A program made the translations under genes and the position numbers. This document shows positions 56,546 to 64,000 of a DNA stretch of 64,000 nucleotides, in pieces; positions within the stretch are counted from its first letter, which is position 1, and every line of letters starts with the position of its first letter. The notes under the pieces were generated by a model, which worked only from the letters and a program-made list of their open reading frames with translations, did not search any database and had not been told where the DNA came from. Origin of the DNA: Candidatus Aminicenantes bacterium (GTDB taxonomy: Bacteria > Acidobacteriota > Aminicenantia > Aminicenantales > JAFGBC01); the NCBI GenBank assembly GCA_963702005.1, contig OY969696.1, forward strand, positions 4,160,001 to 4,224,000. The letters are read 5' to 3'.

Positions 56546-56570
56546 ATACTCAGGGAAACCCTGAGTACTA
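56546..56570. repeat. Solo REP-like hairpin
   Basis: TACTCAGGG-AAA-CCCTGAGTA, a variant of the GYACYCATGG-AAG-CCATGRGTAC hairpin. Confidence 0.65.
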
Positions 56571-56648
56571 GAAGCCTCGTCTGCTGAGCCTGGCAGGGGA
56601 AAGCAAACGCACCTTCGAGCCATTCTGGCCCGAGCCGTCCCGGCCCGA

Positions 56649-56677
56649 TTGACAAAGCCCGGCGAAAGGGTTATCTT
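56649..56677 (+). promoter_or_regulatory. Sigma70-type promoter
   Basis: TTGACA-N17-TATCTT, 10 nt before ATG 56688. Confidence 0.55.
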
Positions 56678-56687
56678 CATCATCGTT

Positions 56688-56918
56688 ATGAGGCGGAGAA
56701 CCGTGGTGCCGGCCATCCTGGCCGCCTTTTTCCTGCTCGCGGCGGCGACTCCCCAAGAACGGCCGGCCAAAAAGCCCAAGTGGGATTACCTGAGCAATTT
56801 TTTTTCCCGGAACACGGCGCCGCTCGGCCTCAAGGAGAATCCCCTCCTCAAAAAAATGCTCCGGCAGTCCAGGACCAAATGGGCCATCCGGTCCGGGTTC
56901 AGGCACATTCTGGACTGA
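56688..56918 (+). CDS. Small basic protein with signal peptide (76 aa)
   Basis: MRRRTVVPAILAAFFLLAAA signal-like N-terminus directly after a promoter and ahead of the sensor kinase. Confidence 0.5.
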   Translation: MRRRTVVPAILAAFFLLAAATPQERPAKKPKWDYLSNFFSRNTAPLGLKENPLLKKMLRQSRTKWAIRSGFRHILD

Positions 56919-56971
56919 GAGTCCCGAATTTTTTTTGCCCACGGGATTCATTTTTTTGAATTGAACGGACG

Positions 56972-59812
56972 ATGAACAAGAGACTTTTCCTCATCCTCGT
57001 CCCCGTCTTCTTCCTCCTCGTCCTGGGCGGCGTCAATCTTTACCGGAAGATCATCTGGCAAGAGCCGACCGACGGCGTTTCTTGGGAGAAGAAGGGCGCC
57101 GCCCTGACCGCGGTTAAGGTCGAGGAGGGAAGCCCCGCTTACCTGGCCGGCATTAAGAAAGGGGACATCCTCTATTCCATCAACCAGACGCCGGCCCAAA
57201 CCCGGATCGATATCAAGAAAAGCCTCTGGCTCGCCTGGACCGGAAGCCAAAAGCTCATTTACCAGATCAACCGGCAGGGCGAGCTCATTTATCCGTCGTT
57301 CTACCCGACCTCGCGGGGCTCCGACCTCATCTATTATTATCTGGCCTTGATCGGTTTAACAACCCTTGTCATCGGGCTCGTCGTCTTTCTGAACTCGCGG
57401 CGTCAATTCACCCTGGCCTTCGTCTATTTTTATCTTCTCTGCATGGCCTTTTATTCCTTTTATATCTTTTCTCCGACCGGCGACCTGGACGTGCTGGACA
57501 GTATTTTCTACTGGCTCGACAAGGTCGCCTTCCTCCTCTTCCCGCCCCTCCTGCTCCACTTTTTCCTCATCTTCCCCCAGCGAAAACGCCTCGTAAAAAA
57601 CAAGCCGTCGATGATTCTCGGGATCTATGCGCCCGGCCTCATCCTGGTCATGGCCCACCTCGCCCTTCACCTCATTCCCCAAGGCGGGAAAACGGACGCA
57701 TGGGCCATCGCTTTTCACGATACGCTTGAGAAGCTGAGCCTCTACCACTTCGCGCTGTTCATGATCGTCGCCCTGGTCACGATCGGCCACAGCGCCCTGA
57801 AACCGCCCAACCTCATCGTCAAAAAACAGCTCAAAGGGGTCGCGTTCGGGCTCGGCTTCGGGATCATCCCGTTCACGGTTTTTTACGTCGTCCCCATCCT
57901 GGTCGGCTTGGCCCCGACCAAGGCCGGGGAGTTGTCCGTGATCCTTCAGGCTCTCATCCCGCTGACGTTCGCCTACTCGATCTCGCGCTACCGGCTGATG
58001 GACTTCGAGGTCCTGATCAAAAAGGCGGCGACCCTCCTCTTCTCCTACGTCGTCATCGCCAGCGTCTACTTCATCGTCAGCGCCCAGACCCGGTTCTTCA
58101 CCGAGTACAAGCTCAACGCCCTCATCCTGGGGATTCTGGCCATTCTGCTCGGGGCGACGCTGTTCTCGCCCCTCAAAAAGCTGTTCCAGTACCTTCTCGA
58201 CCGCGTCATCTACCGCCAGAGTTATGCCTACCGGCGGACGCTCCTGTCCATCTCCAAGGAGCTGAGCCGGGAACGGAACCTGGAGCGGCTGTCCGACTCT
58301 CTTCTCGAGCTCATCGCCAACGCGCTCTCCCTGCGCTCGATCGCCCTCCTCCTTCCCGCCGGCGGCGATCCGACCGTCCTGTCCGTGTTCCGGAGCCGAG
58401 GCGAGATACCGGCCGGCCTGCGCGAGGTCCGACTCGACCCCGCCCTGGAGGTCATGCTCCGCGAGCGGGACTACCTATCCTATTTCCCGCTGGCCGAACG
58501 GCGCGAGTTCCAGAAGAAATTCGAGGCGCTGTCGAGCCGCGGTTTCTTCCATGTCCTCCCCCTCCAGGTCGAGAACAAGCTCATCGGATGCCTGGGCATG
58601 GGGAAGAAGGAGGACGACACCTATCTGACGAGCGAGGATTGGGATCTCCTGACGACGATCTCCTCTTCGGTCGCCCTCGCCCTGGAGAACGCCACCCTCT
58701 ACAACCAGGCCAGCATCCGGACCCTCGAGCTCGAGCGCCTCAAGGACTACAGCGAAGACATCATCGAGAGTCTGACCGTCGGAGTGGCCGTTCTCGACCA
58801 GGCCGGCCGGATCATCGGCTGGAACCGGGTCCTCGAGGACGTCTTCGCCCGGAAGAAGGAGGAAGTCCTGAACCGGACCCTGTTCGATGTCCTGGGCGAG
58901 CGGACCTATTCGGCCCTCTTTCCGTCCGACACCCAGCAGGACTTCCGCCTCCTGAGCGAGATCACCCTCGACACGCCGGACGGCGCGAAGCGGATTTTCG
59001 ACATCGCCCGCACGCCCCTCTTCGACAACCTGATGAATCCTTATGGAACGATCATCGTCTTCGAAGATACGACCGAGAAGATCCGCCTCCAGCAGCAGCT
59101 GCTGACCTCCGAAAAGCTCGCCTCGATCGGCCTCCTCTCGGCCGGCGTCGCCCACGAGATCAACACGCCCCTGACCGGGATTTCGAGCTACGTTCAGATG
59201 CTCCAGAAGAAGCTGACCGACAAACACTACGCCCAGATCCTGGGGAAGATCGAATTCCAGACGGACCGGGTCAGCCGGATCATCAAAAACCTCCTCAGTT
59301 TCGCCCGGAACCCCTCGACGACCGCCTTCCACCGGGTCGACCTCAAAGAGTCCATTGACGAGATCATTTCCCTGATCGATTACAAGCTGAAGACCATGAA
59401 CATCACCCTCGTGCTCGCCCTGGCCCCCGTCCGGCCGCTCTGGGCCCAGGGCGAACGGCTCCAGCAGGTCCTCATCAACATCATCCTCAACGCCCTCGAC
59501 GCCATGCCGGGCGGCGGAACCCTCGGGATCGTCCTCGGCGAGGCCGGGGGCGAAGCCGTCATCAAGATCACGGATACCGGGACCGGCATCCAGCCCCAGC
59601 ATCTCTCCCACATCTTCGACCCCTTTTTCACGACCAAGGGCGTCGGCAAGGGGACGGGCCTCGGCCTCTCGATCAGTTATGCTATAATCAACGAGCATGA
59701 AGGACGGATCAGCGTCGAAAGCGAGGCCGGGAAGGGCACCTGCTTCTCCATCTTCATCCCTCTCGACCTGGATCGGAGGCCGCGTCCTCCGGCCCGGGTC
59801 ACGGACGATTAG
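56972..59812 (+). CDS. Sensor histidine kinase (PDZ, multi-TM, GAF, PAS, NtrB-type HisKA, HATPase)
   Basis: VEEGSPAYLAGIKKGD PDZ, AGVAHEINTPL, NALDAM, DTGTGI, FDPFFTTK, GTGLGL. Confidence 0.93.
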   Translation: MNKRLFLILVPVFFLLVLGGVNLYRKIIWQEPTDGVSWEKKGAALTAVKVEEGSPAYLAGIKKGDILYSINQTPAQTRIDIKKSLWLAWTGSQKLIYQINRQGELIYPSFYPTSRGSDLIYYYLALIGLTTLVIGLVVFLNSRRQFTLAFVYFYLLCMAFYSFYIFSPTGDLDVLDSIFYWLDKVAFLLFPPLLLHFFLIFPQRKRLVKNKPSMILGIYAPGLILVMAHLALHLIPQGGKTDAWAIAFHDTLEKLSLYHFALFMIVALVTIGHSALKPPNLIVKKQLKGVAFGLGFGIIPFTVFYVVPILVGLAPTKAGELSVILQALIPLTFAYSISRYRLMDFEVLIKKAATLLFSYVVIASVYFIVSAQTRFFTEYKLNALILGILAILLGATLFSPLKKLFQYLLDRVIYRQSYAYRRTLLSISKELSRERNLERLSDSLLELIANALSLRSIALLLPAGGDPTVLSVFRSRGEIPAGLREVRLDPALEVMLRERDYLSYFPLAERREFQKKFEALSSRGFFHVLPLQVENKLIGCLGMGKKEDDTYLTSEDWDLLTTISSSVALALENATLYNQASIRTLELERLKDYSEDIIESLTVGVAVLDQAGRIIGWNRVLEDVFARKKEEVLNRTLFDVLGERTYSALFPSDTQQDFRLLSEITLDTPDGAKRIFDIARTPLFDNLMNPYGTIIVFEDTTEKIRLQQQLLTSEKLASIGLLSAGVAHEINTPLTGISSYVQMLQKKLTDKHYAQILGKIEFQTDRVSRIIKNLLSFARNPSTTAFHRVDLKESIDEIISLIDYKLKTMNITLVLALAPVRPLWAQGERLQQVLINIILNALDAMPGGGTLGIVLGEAGGEAVIKITDTGTGIQPQHLSHIFDPFFTTKGVGKGTGLGLSISYAIINEHEGRISVESEAGKGTCFSIFIPLDLDRRPRPPARVTDD

Positions 59813-59815
59813 ACC

Positions 59816-61203
<1,388 letters not shown>

Positions 61204-61245
61204 GCCCGCCCGCGCCGCCCGCCGCCCCGCGCCCGGGGCGCTCCT

Positions 61246-63885
61246 TCAGTCGGAAAAATTCCCGGGGACGGCCTTGCGGGGATTGACGACAACCTTCCCG
61301 GGCTTCCCGCTGAAGGGGAAGCTGAAGGTCTGGGCGGCCTGGTCGACGACGACCATCTCGGTCCGGGTCCGGCCCCCCTCCTTCCACTCGAGCCAGAGCG
61401 GGAAGACGAAGACCTCGCGGAGTTGTCTGACGACGACCTGGTGCTCGCTCCCGGCCGGACCGGTCATGATCTGTTGGGAGACGCGGACCTCGGGCAGGGC
61501 GTGGGAGGAGAACCATTTGTCGAAGAAACGGGACAGGTCCCGTCCCGACCGCTTTTCCAGGATTTTCTGGAAATCCCGGGTCCGGGCCGTCCGGGCATGG
61601 TAGATCTCCTGGAATTCCCGGAGGGCCCCGCACAAGACATCCTCGCCGCAGAGGTCGAGGAGCATGTTCATGATGAGGGCCGCCTTGTCGTAGATGATGG
61701 CCTGGTAAGCTTCAAAATCGAGGAGGGACAGGCGCGAGCCGAGGAGGATCGGCCCGAACACGGATTTCCGCTCGGTCCATTGAGAGAGCTTTTTAAGGAT
61801 GGCGGTATAGGCGGACTCGCCGTACTTATTACGGAGGTAGAGGATAGCCCCGAACTGGGCCATTCCTTCGCCCAGCCACAGGTCTCGGTAGGTACCCCAG
61901 GTCACGTTCTGGCCCCACCACTGGTGGGCGATTTCGTGGGCCAGGAAGTATTCCTTCCAGCGGGATAGGTCGACCGGACTATCGACGTTGATGTACATCC
62001 CGCGGTTTCCGATCCGGGGGATTTCATTGAGGACGACGAAGGAGGCCGGGCTGTGCCCCCCCGCCGCGGGCCAGATCCGGTGGACGATGCCGAGCTTCTC
62101 GAACGGGAATGGGCCGAACCGGCTTTCGAAGAAGGCGAGGATGTCCTGGGCGGCGGCGAAATCTTCGTTCTGGTAGTCCCGGACTTCGGGAGAGACGAGG
62201 ACCCTGATGGGCAGGGCGGCGCAGGCCTGAGGGCCCTTCTCGAAACGCCCCGTGATGAAGGCGAGGTATTTGACGGGGGACTTGGTCACGAAGCGGTAAA
62301 CCCCGCTGCCGACGTCGTCCAGTTCCTCGACCCGCTCCATCCCCTTGAGCTCGCCCTTCTCCACGAACTCTCCGTTGGCGACGCACTTGTAGCCGGGGGG
62401 GACGATGATCTTGAGGCTCGCCTGGAAAAAGTCCTCCTTGGGAGCCGCCGGGTACCAGAACGCGGATTGGCTGTAAAGGACGCTGTCGAAGCTGACCGGC
62501 CCGAGGATGATCGCGTCCGAGATCTGGCGGCCGCTAACGACGTCCACGGTTTGCTGGGGCGGCACGAGCCGGCCCCGGTAGACGACGGTGACGGCGGCCG
62601 GGACGTCCTTGGGCGGAGGAACGATGAAGTAAATGTAGAGGATCTTCCGGAGCCGGTCCTGGGTGTAGAACAGCTCCCGCCCGGCCTCGTCGCAGATCTT
62701 CAGGATCTGAAGCTCGGGGTTGAGCGTCAGCTTGAGGACGTCGAGATGATCGATCAGGGGGACGATCTCGACCCGGGCCCTGGCCGACAGGAAGAAGGAG
62801 CGCGGCTTGAGCTCGACCTCGATCTGAGTGCGGACGACATCATAGCGCTCGCCAAAGGAGATGAACATCCGCTTCTTGTCCCCCGTCTCGGGCGGCGAGT
62901 AGAGAGAGATGATCCGGTCCTCGTCCGAGGCGTAGACGTTGACCTCGTCCTCGCCGAACGGAGAGTAGATATAGGTCAGGCCGCCGACCCGGCTCCCCTT
63001 CATCTCCAACACGGCCTCGTCGCCCTGGGGCAGGAAAGAAAACAGCTCCCCGGTCATCGAGTTCTCGATCGTGAACGAGCGCGGATAGTAGCGCATGAAC
63101 AAGGCGGCGGCCTTCTCCCGCTCGCCGGCGAGAACGGGCCGGGCGGCCTGCCCTTCGGCGGGCCGGATCCGGACCTGGTTCTGGAAGAACTGGTTCGAAC
63201 AGCGCAGGAACAGGAAGTCGAGCTTGTCTAGGATGGCATCCTTTTTATAGAAAAGCTCGAGCTGGTGTTTCTCGATCGGATCCGACGGCGTGAACTGGAC
63301 CCGGCCCCGGCCGATGACGACGAGGGCCGTATCGAGGTGGGGGATGTTGTCGTAAAAAACGAGGGCGTCCTCGAAGGCCACTTTGATGTCGACGTGGTTG
63401 ATTTCGAGGGAAGCGGCTCGCTCGACCCGGTCGGACGGAATCCGGACCTTATAGAGGTTCTCGAGAGCGCTGGTCGTGGTTTTGCCGGCGACCTGCCAGC
63501 CGCTTTCGGCCCGGACGACATCCAGGAGCCAGATCTCGAACATCCCCGAGTACTCGTTTTGGTAAAGGGCTTGGAAGCCGACTTGAACGGACGGACCCGT
63601 TTCCTGCGGCTGCTGAACTCGGGCCAGCTTGACCGTGTCCATCGAAAATGCGTCGAAAAAGTCATTCTGGATCGCCCGCTCCTTCTCCCGGATTTCGGGG
63701 GCGAAGAAGCTCAGGTAAGAATCGAACTCCTTCGCTTCCAAGGTCCTCTGAAATTCCGAGAGGAATTCTTCGAGGGTTTGATCGGCCGCCGCGGCCGGGA
63801 CGCCGGAAGCAAAGAAGCCGAGACATAGACCCAGTGCCAGGATGATTCTTAACGGGATTCCCTTCGGGATTGTCGGGCTTGGCAC
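61246..63885 (-). CDS. Secreted M1-family (gluzincin) metallopeptidase
   Basis: HEIAHQWWG, WLGEG, IYDKAALI; signal peptide. Start tentatively GTG 63885. Confidence 0.88.
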   Translation of the reverse strand: MPSPTIPKGIPLRIILALGLCLGFFASGVPAAAADQTLEEFLSEFQRTLEAKEFDSYLSFFAPEIREKERAIQNDFFDAFSMDTVKLARVQQPQETGPSVQVGFQALYQNEYSGMFEIWLLDVVRAESGWQVAGKTTTSALENLYKVRIPSDRVERAASLEINHVDIKVAFEDALVFYDNIPHLDTALVVIGRGRVQFTPSDPIEKHQLELFYKKDAILDKLDFLFLRCSNQFFQNQVRIRPAEGQAARPVLAGEREKAAALFMRYYPRSFTIENSMTGELFSFLPQGDEAVLEMKGSRVGGLTYIYSPFGEDEVNVYASDEDRIISLYSPPETGDKKRMFISFGERYDVVRTQIEVELKPRSFFLSARARVEIVPLIDHLDVLKLTLNPELQILKICDEAGRELFYTQDRLRKILYIYFIVPPPKDVPAAVTVVYRGRLVPPQQTVDVVSGRQISDAIILGPVSFDSVLYSQSAFWYPAAPKEDFFQASLKIIVPPGYKCVANGEFVEKGELKGMERVEELDDVGSGVYRFVTKSPVKYLAFITGRFEKGPQACAALPIRVLVSPEVRDYQNEDFAAAQDILAFFESRFGPFPFEKLGIVHRIWPAAGGHSPASFVVLNEIPRIGNRGMYINVDSPVDLSRWKEYFLAHEIAHQWWGQNVTWGTYRDLWLGEGMAQFGAILYLRNKYGESAYTAILKKLSQWTERKSVFGPILLGSRLSLLDFEAYQAIIYDKAALIMNMLLDLCGEDVLCGALREFQEIYHARTARTRDFQKILEKRSGRDLSRFFDKWFSSHALPEVRVSQQIMTGPAGSEHQVVVRQLREVFVFPLWLEWKEGGRTRTEMVVVDQAAQTFSFPFSGKPGKVVVNPRKAVPGNFSD

Positions 63886-63914
63886 CTTGTTACATCCCTC
63901 TGACCATTTGGATA

Positions 63915-63931
63915 AGCATGAAATGTGCCAA
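63915..63931 (-). promoter_or_regulatory. Putative sigma54 (-24/-12) promoter
   Basis: TTGGCAC-ATTTC-ATGCT matches TGGCAC-N5-TTGC with one mismatch. Confidence 0.55.
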
Positions 63932-64000
63932 GGGAGAACTCGCGCCACCATCGAAGCCAGGCCTAAACATGGACGTCAAAGCCGGGCCGCACGGGCGGGA

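Overview
GC-rich bacterial window with no rRNA, tRNA, CRISPR array, transposase or phage genes that I could recognise. The gene style (many S9/M1 peptidases, PDZ-type membrane sensor kinases, SBBP and FG-GAP surface proteins, a cohesin-tailed secretin) suggests an Acidobacteriota/Aminicenantes-like anaerobe; this is inference only. Left third: peptidases, a Ser/Thr kinase, a YVTN-phosphoesterase, a lipoprotein/radical SAM operon, an OmpR-type two-component system, a 5'-nucleotidase, MFS transporters and a TPR-GGDEF protein. From 24.3 to 54.3 kb everything is on the minus strand: a GH63-like hydrolase, a lower-GC tandem duplication of an SBBP + FG-GAP gene pair, a RelBE-like toxin-antitoxin pair overlapping alr, a pilC/B/M/N/O/P/Q-type operon, NTPase-moeB-moaD, rsgA, a coupled AOR / double class II aldolase / LutC / LutB-LutA operon, and dacB. 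Right end: an FG-GAP protein, a small secreted ORF, a PDZ-GAF-PAS kinase with an NtrC regulator, and an M1 peptidase. Best leads: (1) the AOR-aldolase-LUD operon as a candidate aldehyde-to-2-oxoacid pathway; (2) the SBBP/FG-GAP pairs with conserved outer ends and a divergent AT-richer core; (3) a family of nested, modular palindromic intergenic elements; (4) one triple 11-bp-repeat promoter shared by the genes on both sides of the OmpR system. Four genes carry single frameshifts that are probably sequencing errors.
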